DNA of 64,000 bases from Camelus dromedarius (taxonomy: Eukaryota): contig NC_087437.1 of assembly GCF_036321535.1 (NCBI RefSeq), positions 116,562,001-116,626,000 of the forward strand. Reading direction: 5' to 3'. Below, one piece after another: positions 24,061 to 35,395 of the stretch (positions are counted from its first letter, which is position 1; every line of letters begins with the position of its first letter). A program made the translations under genes and the position numbers. The notes beneath the pieces were generated by a model. That model was not told where the DNA came from and did no database searches. It saw only the letters and a program-made list of their open reading frames with translations.

Positions 24061-27000
24061 GGGTCAGCAGGTCTCCCACATCTGTGCCACCTGGTGATGT
24101 CAAGGTCAGTGACTAGGTGCCAAACATCACATCTCCTTTCCCTTCTGCAAGATGACTTTATTCCCGGTCTTTTCACTTCACACTCAGGTTACTGAAACAG
24201 GTGTCCAGGTTGGTCCCTTCAAAACCAGAGGTCGGGCAGTTTCTGCACCGCGTGATCCAGCTCGCAGGTGGCACCTCCCCGACTCCGAGCACCAGCAGGG
24301 CCTGACTCCCCCAACTCCTGCCAAATGCTGCCCTCCTCCCTGCCCCTCTCGAGCCAACGTATGTCACAGTGCACCCCAATGCACCCCAGTGCATTTCCCC
24401 ATCTTCCTGGGAGGTGGTCTAGATCACTCTTTGATGTATGAGTCTTATGAAGTGGACTGTTTTATTTACACTCCATCTTGTTCCATAAAACTATTTAAAG
24501 TGATCTCCGAGGACATATGCAATATAACAAAAGTTTTTTAAAAAAAATTCAGAAGTAGATGCAAAATAAAGAAGAGAGATGAGGCTAAGCAGAAGCAAGG
24601 GTAAGAAGATGGAGAGGAGCGAAGGAGGCAGGAGCCCCCCGAGCCGGCCACGGGGCCCCACACACGTGTTGGAGCGCAGGCACACACAGGGCCCCGCTGC
24701 GTGTCCAGTTCAGATGACTCCTGACGCTGAGGCTGAAAATGAAGTTCTCCCCAGAGTCTGTAAGGGAGAAGGGCCCATAGCTGCCCTACAGTGAACACGG
24801 GGGCGGGCTAGGCCGTGGGCCCAACGCGGAGCATCCGAGAACCCAGGGACCACTGCCTCCATCCCTGCACAACCCCTGGGCCCCAGCTCCCTGTCACACT
24901 GGCCTGGCGCAAGCATGTGGCACTGCTGAACGTGCCAATATCGTTGGCCTGTGCATTCACCCCTTTCTGGAGCTCGTGGCCTGTGCTTTTACCCACTTCT
25001 AGATTCCACGGCCTGTGCACTTTCTAGATTTCAGGTCCTGAAGGCAGGACCCGAGGCTTCCCCACAGTGCCCTGCAGGGCGTCTGGCACTGAAAGGTCGG
25101 CCGGCCTTTCCCCGGTACAGTTGGCACTTCTAGTCTCTTCCTGGCGCTTGCCCTCCTGTGACTCAGAACACCCCTCCTCGGCTGGAATCCTGAACCTTCC
25201 AAGCCTGGGGCAAAGCTGACCGCAGCCGGCCTCTGCCCACTCGGCCCTCCCCACAACCTCCCGCACGAATTTCCACCTGTGGGTGCTCAGCCCGAGGACG
25301 CTGCCTTCAGACTGAATGCTGTTAGCTCTCTGGTGTGGAAAGGGCTGGAGTTTTGATTACATGTTGTCAATACATCTAGTTGAGCAGAGAATAATTCAGG
25401 CAGGCCACTAGTGGCTGGAGTCAGACAGGCGGACAGGCGCGCTCCACGCCAGAATGTTCTGGCTTTTCCATTACATTTGCTTTTCTAATCTCTAGATGTG
25501 CCCAGCGCCTTAAGAGTCCCTGCATGATCCATGTCCCCATCTCTGAGGACAGTGCTCTCATTTCATAGGTGATCAATACGTTTTGACTAAGAACTGTGTT
25601 TCCAGGTTGCTCAAATTGAATAAAGAAAATTCAACATGATTTAATGCTTAATTTTTGCAAAGAAAAGTTTATATGGATGTAGAATGTAGCTCCAGATGCG
25701 ATTTTAACATCTACACAAACGTAACCCCTTGTCTGCCTCCCGGTAGTTTACTGTGAGCTCTGCCTTCTGATGGGATGATTTTCTGGACTTAGAGTCCACT
25801 GTTACGATTTGGGTACCGAGTACGTAGTTTACAATTTGGGTACCGAGTACGCAGGGTAAATTGCTCTGCTGGGGCGTTCTGTTTAATCACCTATACATAC
25901 AGGGCTTAGAAAACCGCAAAAATCAATGGATTTTATCATGAGGGAGGATTATAAGCCACTTCAGAACTGACACTGTTTCAACTGTGAAACCCTCTCATTT
26001 TGACTCCTCAACCAGCAAGCAACAAACCCTTCCTCTGTTTCAGTGGCAGGGCTCAGGGTGGACTTTCAGAACTTACAGTAAATGCTGGTAACATGCTGAC
26101 CTAACATCTCTTCTCCAGAAAAAAACTCAACGCTATTCCCTGGATTTGATCTTTACTGTCACTATTTCTATTTTAAAACTCTGCAATGTTTACTGCCAGG
26201 GTCAAATAGCCTAAGAAGTACTTTTCGATATAGCAGGAGCGAATTTTCCCTCCACTTTCCCTTATTCTGTCATCTTGCTGCTGTAACTTGCACTCCAAAA
26301 AAAAGAGCAAGCTTTGCACAAGACAGGCTTAAAAGCTGTGCGATTATAGACTCGGATTTGTAAATCCAACAGCAGGCTCACATCAGCTCTGTGAGGTTGG
26401 ATAGCATTTGAATGAGCAGCCATTTAAAGTATGAGATCTTCTTAAAATGTTCCTAAGCCACCAACTGGTTTCTTCTCTGAATGTTTTTACCTCGTTTCCT
26501 AATAAAAGAAATCTCAGCTTTCTAATGCATTTAATTTAAAGTTTGATGTTGAGATTGCAAGTGTGCGTGGTTTGTGTTTCCAAACGTCCCATTTTACTAG
26601 CACACAGTTCAGCTATTATTTAGTTCAGCTTAATTCTATGTATGTCCCGGGTAAGAATCCTGAATCTATCCTTGGTCACTCGTGGGGTCCCAAGTTTCAC
26701 CTGCCTACGTGGCGCCTCCATCATCCCCTCCCTCCCACCAGGTTCTGAATGACAGTTTCTTTCAGTCTCTTCTCAAAAGCCTGAGCTCCTCATTCACTCC
26801 CACACATGCAGAATTCCAAGCGTCAGCACAGATGAGGGACGAGCACTTTTCCCCTTGCCAATTTCACGCAATGGATAGTTAACAGACATAGTAAGATTTC
26901 TGAAGTTCTCCTGCTGTTCAGAAGAGTGCGGAGTCTGATGTCCAGCTGAGTCCAGACAGAAAGGTGAACATCAGTGACCCATTTCCACAATGCAGTTTAC

Positions 27001-30000
27001 AACTTTTCACAAACTCATACGTCCTCAAGGGGGTCACACAGACTTCCCCGCCTGGAGTGCAGAAAAACATGCGCACTCCAACTTTGTCTGTCTTTTGCTT
27101 TGCAACTTAACTACTTCAGTAAAGCACCCCCAACTCACATTTCTACTCCATCCCAGAGAAAACGAATCCCCCCACCAAAAACAGAGACTCGCTCAGTGGA
27201 AATATGACAACATGAGGGTCATCACCAACATCACCACAAAGGGTCAACCCGCTTTGCTCCCCTGCACTCGAACTGAGGTGCAAACACTCTTCTTCATTTT
27301 TAAATAAAGATCTGGGAACCTTTGTCTTGAACCCTTAATCCAGTGAAGATCAGGGGTTCCTGTTTTTGAAAACTCACCATAGATGTGCCTATCCTCTTTC
27401 CTACCCCCAGAGGGGGTCTGTTCTCCCCCCAGAGTAGGTTTTCCTGGGGGGATAATGATGGAAATACTATTAGCAAGAAGAGGAGCCCCATATGGGACAC
27501 CAGCGTGGGAAAATCTCATTCCTACTAAAACTTCAAAATTACAGGGGATGCTGCAAGGGCATCCGGGTTTTAGAAACCCCGAGGCATGCTAACGGTCCGT
27601 CCTACATCAGACCTCAATCTAGTTCTCTAGGATTATGATTTTAACAAATTAATTCAAAAGACGGATTTTACAAAACACTCTAAGGCTATTTCAGTCTTCT
27701 CACGCGCCCATACTAAACTTCCTTCGCACAAGCTTAAGAATGTGCACTGAGTCAGGGTAACTGAACCCCTTACTTTCATTGTTAAATTACTGTTTCTCAT
27801 ACGCAATCAGGGTCTTCCAGATTATGACATGCCACTATAAAAATAGAAGAAACTTAAAAGTTAGTTTAACTCTGAAGCTCAGAGCCAGTGCTCCGTTTTG
27901 AGATGCACCCTTTAATTACTTGGTGTCGTCTACATCTTACTTACACTTAAATTTAGCCGAGTAATTTTAGGTCACCCGCCTTCACTGCCTTCCCTAGATT
28001 TGCAGTGTTACAGACACGAGGCACCAAATCCTCTCTCTTTTCAACACAAAAATGTTTAGAATAAAAGGCAAAAAGTCAGAAGGACAACATCTCCCGCTGG
28101 TTATTTTGAAAAAGTGGTTCCGAAGATAGTCCAGCCCTTGGAAACTTCTGTTGTTTTTATCTACAGAGTAACTGTTTTGAATCCACAGATGTGTTGAGGT
28201 GTTTATTAACAACATACAAAGGACAACTGTGAGGGTACAAGTGAGGGTACGAACAGGTACCAATGAAGATGCTACCATGATACCAACAATACAGGGGGGC
28301 TGGCAGACCCCATGGGTGAGGAGCACCAACTACTGCAGGGACTTTCAAAGTCCCCCCAAAACTCCAGCTCCCACTGCTGCCACTAGGTATCAGAATTTTC
28401 TGAAATTGGGTCCAAAATCTTTGAATACCTCTGATGCATCAGCTTGTTTTTCTTACAGACGCTACTTCAAAGGTTTGAAGAGTTTCCAATTCAAGGTGCA
28501 GATCATAAACAAAGGCTGTATTTTGAAGGACAACACCTCCCAGGGAATGCCCAAGTACCCTTACACACTGGGGAAAGAAGACGAGACCCCTCTGCCTTCT
28601 CCTCCTCACTAGAAAAGCCTGCCTGGGGAGCTAAGGGTGATAAAGCCAGGAGGTGACAAAGAGACCTGCATTTAGAGAGACTGACTCCCAGCTTAAACCG
28701 AGAACTGACTCGCAGCATCAAACGCTGGGATTCTGCCCATAACGACCTCCTTCTGATCCAGGCTGCCTGGACCACATCTTGCGTCCCAGGCTCCAGCAGT
28801 CTCATTAGAAGCATGTAGGTGTCTCTATGTTGACACCTCTTGAATGGAGTTCTGTGGAAGAGCGGGCAACACTAACATTTATTCAACGTGACAGTGTCTC
28901 CCCATCCTCTCTATCATACGACTGAGGCTGACCTGCTATGGCTTTTCACTGGGGAACAGGAAGATTTTAGAAACATTAGCTCCTCTGTCTTGTGAAGAAA
29001 GGAACCCCCCTTTTTATTATTTTTGGTTGCTGTTTAAGGACAGCTAACAAGAAAAAATATCAGAGCTAATATTAATTTTTTTAAGCTGAAAGTTTACTAT
29101 TACCTACTTACGAGATATGCTATATTCCACAGATGCACAATATATAACATTTTTGAATACAGTATGTAAACTAAGAATCAATGTTGACATCTTTCGGAAA
29201 TGCTTCACATCTAACTTATGTAACTGGCACTCCATTGGGATCTCAGCTCTTACCACAAATAAAATATCTGATTTTTAAGAGATCAGCAATTCAACACGAT
29301 TTTTCCTTAATGCCAAAACAAAACAGAAGAAGTGGAGGGGGGAATGTTTATAAACACATGTACATGCAGCCTTATAACATAATCCAGCCAATGGGAAACA
29401 AGAATTTTCAAAAATTTAGCTAAAGAAGGCACATCAGATTAAATCGCTAAGAATTCATTATGCAGTAACAGATACATGGAAAATAACATCTCACAATTCT
29501 CCCTTGAATTTTTAAAAATAAAATGAAGCAATTATAAAGTATTAGAAGAGCGACGAAACCAAAATTTGAAGTGTAACTGGAATTATATATTCCTAAGCAA
29601 ATAACTCAAAAAGATGTAATACCCATTTGCTAGTTTAATTTCCAAAAGTCACCGACTCAAATGGCAGCCAGGGCTACCAAACCGCAAACAGCATTTGTTA
29701 TGCGTTAGCACTCCCAAAGCCTTTCTTTGGAATTAAAAAACGGCGTATTAGCCACAAGTTTGCACAGCTCGCCCTGTTTCTGCTAGCATTGTAATTTCAG
29801 CGGCATGATTGGCTTATTCATAATTTGGCACACGGTGAGTTAATTTATCTGGTTGGGTTTTAATGGAACTTCTATTGCCTGGTCTTCCCTACTCGTGAAG
29901 AGCCAGCGTAGGCTGCTGCTGGCAGAGCAAGGGTTAATCCCAGGAATGTGCCAGTTCTCTGGGTGATAAGGTGATGGGGAGCCCAGCCCGGTTAAAGGCG

Positions 30001-30087
30001 CTAAACTATTTGGACAGAATTGAAAATACTCAAAAATAGCCCCAGTGGTAAATAAACTGTGCTCTATGCATGTCACCCAGGGAAGAC

Positions 30088-30129
30088 TAAAATAAAAATA
30101 AAAATAAAAATAAAAATAATAAAATAAAT
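30088..30129 (+). repeat. (TAAAAA)n-type AT microsatellite
   Basis: Read directly. Confidence 0.9.
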
Positions 30130-31016
30130 ATTCACATTGAAAGTTTTCTGAACTACAGAAGCTCCAGAAACACGCAGGGTGGGAAATCTGTGGCACAGAT
30201 GAATGTGTTCTTTTGAAGAATAAACGAAATGATCTTTATATCAACGAAGAATTGTATTAAGCTCGCATCTGCATTGAAATTGTTTATCCATTTTATTGGG
30301 CAGTTAGTCTGCTATTAATAATAACATCTAAATCTTACGCTTTAATATGTTAAAAGTAAATCTATGCAGTACCTTTTGTAAAACGTCTATCCAATATGAA
30401 ATCGTGATAAATGGATGACGGATTTCAGTCAGAAACCAAGAAGGCTAGCTGATTTTTAAAAAATACACGCTGCATTTTTAAACATGCCAAGTTTGCCAAT
30501 CCGTGGCAAACTGTAAAACACATCAACATAGCAGCTGAGGGCTGAAGTGTCAGAAGGTGAAAAGGCAGAAAAGTAGAAAAAACGGAGACGGAGCCCGGGT
30601 CTGTGAGCGCGCGGCGAGAGCGCCGTCGGAGGGCGAGTCCCCGCACAGGCCGACCCACCCGCAGTGACAGCCAAGCCCACACCTGGTCTCTACTTTCAGC
30701 CGAGCGTGGGCTTTAATTCAACCCTTATTTCCATTCCAGACCACAAATAACCTCTTGCTGGATGCCCCAGACGAGGCCCCGCGGTTTGCTTTCCCGGCCC
30801 GCGCCGCTGGCCGGGTCTCCGCTCCCCTCCATCCGTCCCCGACCGCGCGCGCCTTCTGAGGACCCGGGCAATGACGAGCCGTCCCTCCCAGCGTCACACA
30901 TCCCACCTGTCCCCCGAGCCGCCGTCGGAAGAGCCAGGCCACCCCGCCACCACCGTCCCCGCCGCCGCCGCCGCCGGCGTGGGAGCCGGGCAGGGCGCGC
31001 GGGGCGCGGGACTTAC

Positions 31017-31560
31017 CCGGAGGCCGGCGCCGCCGTCGGGGGAGGGCGTGTCCCGCACGTGGGTGTCCGCGCGTGTCCGCGCCCGCGTGTGCCCGAGCGC
31101 GTGCCTGGCCGTGGGCGACGAACCGGGCGGCACTGACTCCCTGGGCGCCGACGGGCTCAGCCCATGGTGTGGGCGCCGGCCTCCGGGAGGCTGCGGCTCC
31201 CGCCAATCGCCGAGCAGGGCGGCCGCCCCGACGCGCGACTCGCGATCCCGGAGTGCGCGCCGGGGGCGGGGCGGGGGCGCGCGGGCCCCAGGGCGCGGGG
31301 GCTGCGAGCGCGCGCGAGCGCGGGTTCAGGTACGCGTGGATGTCCGCGCGCGCGCGCGTGGGGCTGCGAGCGCGCGTGCCTGTGAGCGCGCCCTCGGGCC
31401 GGGGAGCGCGGGCGGCGCGGGCGGCTCTGGACGCTGCTCGGGTTTAGGACGCGGCTGGCGGCTCGGAGGAGGAAGAGGAGGAGGAAGAAGGGGAGGAGGA
31501 GAAGGAGGAGGAGCGCAGGCTGGGACGCAGTGAGCCCGAGTCCAGACCCCGGCGGGAGAC
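31017..31560 (-). other. Putative alternative non-coding first exon 1b (5' end uncertain, somewhere ~31190-31560)
   Basis: Consensus donor CGG|GTAAGT (GT at 31016-31015) inside the CpG island. There is no credible CDS. The gene is possibly RREB1, from unverified recollection. Confidence 0.6.
31465..31512 (+). repeat. GGA/GAA purine tract
   Basis: ggaggaggaagaggaggaggaagaagggaggaggagaaggaggagga. Confidence 0.9.
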
Positions 31561-32155
31561 GAACCCAGGACGCGCCTCCAGGAGGGGAGAGGAGCGAGGA
31601 TCGGAGAGCAGGCGAGGGGAGGGGAGGGGCGGGGAGGGACAGGGAGGTGGGGGCAGCCGCAGAGGTGTTTGCTCTACGGAACTCACCGAGAAGTAAATTT
31701 TCCCTCCCAACCTCGGTCGTTGCACACACGAAAAAAAAAAATTTAAGCTAAAACTGGTTGTTTCGGGAGTTTAAAATGACCACCGAGTGCCTTCGATGCT
31801 GATCAGAATAAAGATGCTGTCGCCTTCAGGCTAATGAAGAGACGCGGTGCCAGGTGCCGCTGGCTTTAATAAGACCCGGAGTCACTACCTGCGCGTCCAG
31901 AGAGAGCGTCGGGACGGGATGGGGGAGGCTCAGGAGGAGCAGGGTGCGGTCTGGAGGATGCCACGAAATCCAGGAGACACCCCGGCCTGACGGACAGACG
32001 CGGTGACAGCAGCCCTCGTGAGAATAGTGTCCTCAAGATACTGCCTCCAAAAGGAAGAGTCTCGAAGTTGGGCTCATCCGCCTGGGGGACACTGTGCAAA
32101 GCCCCTCCAGATGCTGTAGTTCATAAGTGAATTCTGACATTAAAATCACGCTTAC

Positions 32156-32300
32156 CTGAGTGCTGCTGCTCTTCACTCATGTCCCGCGGGGGCCGTCGCG
32201 GCGTCCCTGCGTGATGGCTAGGAGCCCATCCCAGAGCGTCCGCTCGCAGACTCTCCCCTTTCCAACCAAGTGAAAGCTACTCATGTCCCTCTCTCTCCAA
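32156..32300 (-). other. Putative upstream first exon 1a (5' end uncertain, ~32255-32620)
   Basis: Consensus donor CAG|GTAAGC (GT at 32155-32154) at the edge of the CpG island, with three AUGs upstream of it. The gene is possibly RREB1, from unverified recollection. Confidence 0.6.
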
Positions 32301-35237
32301 ACTTTAACAGCCAAGAATTTCAGCAAACAGCCAGAAAGAAAGCTAAGTCCCCCCCAACCCCAAGGGAAGGGAGGGAATAAGCACTCCTTTAATTTGAAAA
32401 ATAATAATTAAAACTCCCTCAACTTTTAAGGCCGGGCAACATAATCTATTAATTGGTCGCTATTAACATGCAGTTTTATTGACCATAGCACACAGAAGTC
32501 TGATTGTGAAGGAGGAGTGTTTTCAATGAAAGTGGAGTTATTTTAGCTGCAGACGTGTTTACATTTCTGTGGTTTAGTCTATAACTTTCTCTTTTTCTTG
32601 CTTCAGAATTCTGCTCCATGAAGCAAAGCCCTTAGCTCCCAGACATTCCAAAAAGTCTGCCAAAATAAAAGAAAAAAAAGAGAGAGAGAGGGAAGAAAAA
32701 ACACACAGAGACCCCCAAGTCTGGGTCAGGCTCAGAGTTGTAAGTGGGCATAATGAGGGTGCCCCCTCCCCGCGCACTTTCCAGTTTAAAAAAAAAAAAA
32801 AGCCGTCAGGGCTCCATTTCCTGTTTGCTGGGGAAAAAAATAGGATGGATCTAAGCAGCTGAGTTTAGAAACCGCCTTCTCCAGGACCTATAGATTCTGA
32901 GACGTTCTTTAACCCTAGAGATGCCAGAGTGAGATCTTTGATAGGAGAACCTCCCATTACAAACTCTCCAAGGAAGTGTTTCTCTTTTAAATGGACAGCC
33001 TTCACAAACGACAGATGCATTCCTAGGAAATTTCTTGAACAAACAGGCACACCGTGCTAGACGGGATGCAAACCCACCTCGCCACAGGTGGCCAAGAGAA
33101 GATACCAATAAAAACAAGTATTGAAAACAGATTAAGTTTCTGAGAAGCATGCAGTCCTTTTCTTTCTGAGGTCATGGCACAAAAAGCAGCATGAATATTA
33201 AAACGTGCCTATTTAGTAAAAGGGTCATGTCCGTTTTTACAATCTGTGCTCCGGTCATTGTTTGCAAAATTGACTCCTCACCAGCAACACAGAAGTGAAA
33301 ATGTTGCCATTCACCTGTCTCTCCCCTTCACTATCAATTGCATATTTTGGTTCCTTTTCTTTAGAAATAGTCTCCAAATATTCCAGATCCAAGAAAACTC
33401 ACTGTATTTTGAAATCTTCCTCTTAGATACTCATGTCCAAAACTCACCACAAGAAGCACTGTTATCATTTAGGGGAGTGCTTTAAAGTAAACAGATTCTC
33501 AACCTATTCGATGAAATCCGGGGTCCACAGCAATGACTGCTCTATAAGGCTGCATTCCCCTAGCAAAGTCCCTTCAACAGCATCACTAGTACCGAATATT
33601 CTAGTAATAGAGAACAATGCTGAAAATAATACTACGTTTGCCGTCAAAAGAGCATGCTTTATGAATAAAGAACTGTACTTTCATAGTAGAACATGACTGC
33701 AACAGTCTAAGTTATCACTGAGAACAGGATAAAAATGAGTTCAGAAAAACCACAATATTTGAAACAGTCTCATTTGGGGCACCCACTTGCTAGCTTCTCC
33801 CATTCCCCAAAATACACTGCACAGAGAGGGGGAGGGGAGGGAAAGGGGGCAGAGACAGGGATGAAGAGGGGAGGGGAGAAAGGAGAGAGAATTTCATAGA
33901 AGACAAAAAAGCACATACTAAGCCTACTACAAAGCTGAGGTTATTAATGTTGAAAAATCTTACGATCCCGGAATTTTACAAAGTTAGGACATCGTCTCCC
34001 ACTGACTGTAAATTTCAGTCATAGTTAGGAAGTTCTTATTGTCTAATCCAATCCCCACCTACTGGCTCAGCATCCCTTTCAATCTGGTCCATAATCAAGG
34101 TGACACAGTAGGAAATCAATTTCAACTAGTTAAATCAATTGAGTTCATTTGAAAGGCCAACAGAATACAAGAAATGGAGACACACTCACTCTCTCTTTGT
34201 GCCACAGGACAGATATGAAATACAGTCGTTCTGAGTTAATAAAATATAATTTAAAAGGAAGAACTTTTATAAAAACACCGCTTGACACATTCCACAAGAA
34301 TTAGGATTTTTAAGTATTTCATACATTAGATGATCTTTCTATATAAAGTTTTGTGGTTGACCTAATTCTTTTTGAAATCCCTTTTATCCAAAAGATGTTT
34401 TGGATTAATTTAAGTATTTGTCACTGGATAATGTCAAGCCCTTGTTCAATGAAATGTCCTTCATTGGGCTGTCACACCTGTTAAATATAAGCCTCCTTTT
34501 CTTTTGATATTCTGAGAAGGGCCTTAAAAGGTTTACATCCTTCAGGATGGAGATTTAATTGCTTTACCTATAATAAAAAATAATCCCTATAAAATTCAGA
34601 TTGTGGATATTTCAAAGCTGAGAGAGCGATTGGACTGGGATGTAAAGGCTGCAGTTCAAAAAGCCTTCCACTTGCAATCTCACGTGCGTGGAGTTACGAG
34701 TTATGAAGTCCTGGTTATCATTTTGTAAGGTCTGGACTTTGTAGTCCTTGCAGGGAGCGTCTTTGAGCTTACTTTATGGCTTAGTGGTTCTGTGTGTGCA
34801 TGTGTTAAATGTGGAAAGGGTCGCCTATCTTTTTTTTTTCCCCTGTGCAGTAAATGTTCACCGGGAGGAAGTCTCAGACTCAGTTTTCATCGAGGTACTG
34901 GAATGAGGTTCTCCACACTGACGCACTTCACGTCTTGGGTGAACTCAGACCTGGGGGAAAGCCGTCCTGAGGACAGCCCTGGTTTGAGAAAGGAGATAGT
35001 GTATGTGCTTTGGCTGTTGGTCACATCCCATTGTCCACGCCACGAGCACCTTCAGTGTTTCCCTGGGCATCCTGATCCGCCCTCCCCTACAGCCTCCACT
35101 CAATCAGTTAGGACCTTCTTTTCATCACAGAGGTGGTTTAGATGGGCTCTCCCCATTCCAAGCTCCCCCTTCCCTTGGGGCAATCCAGGACCAGGAAAGG
35201 AGGGGAACAAGGGTGAGTACTCTAGACTTAGGGTTCT

Positions 35238-35395
35238 TTTTCTTTTTCTTTTCTTTCATTAAAATTTTTTTTTAAATTTTTTGTGGGAAGTAATTATTTT
35301 TGTTTTTGTTTTTAATGGAGGGACTGCGGCTTGAACCCAGGACCTCATGCATGCTAAGCACGCACTCTACCACTGAGCTATGCCCTCCCCCTCCC
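35238..35395 (-). mobile_element. tRNA-derived SINE (camelid vic-1-like) with extended tail
   Basis: The reverse complement reads ggggagggcatagctcagtggtagagtgcgtgcttagcatgcatgaggtcctgggttcaagcc. A 14-bp TSD AGA(C/G)TTAGGGTTCT lies at 35224-35237 and 35396-35409. Confidence 0.9.

Larger units (their letters stand above)
30580..32255. promoter_or_regulatory. CpG island promoter of a minus-strand gene
   Basis: Very high GC and CpG density. Contains a CCAAT box at 31203-31207, tandem GC boxes (GGGGCGGGGCGGGGGCG) at ~31263-31279, a (CG)7 run, a GGA-rich tract and two minus-strand splice donors. Confidence 0.92.

Noticed and set aside
25404..25415. Perfect 12-bp palindrome GCCACTAGTGGC resembling a CTCF site
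   Set aside because: The spacing is one base short of the CTCF core, and palindromes of this length are expected by chance in 64 kb.
31327..31335. Plus-strand donor-like CAG|GTACGC suggesting a spliced divergent lncRNA
   Set aside because: A single moderate motif with no identifiable acceptor or transcript evidence; possible but unsupported.
30718..31751. Overlapping long ORFs (up to 220 aa) in the CpG island
   Set aside because: They are Ala/Arg/Gly/Pro-rich and open in many frames on both strands, as expected from stop-codon scarcity in very GC-rich DNA. No domain is recognisable.
32349..32364. CCCCCCCAACCCCAA as an RREB1 autoregulatory site
   Set aside because: A low-complexity match that depends on an unverified gene identity.
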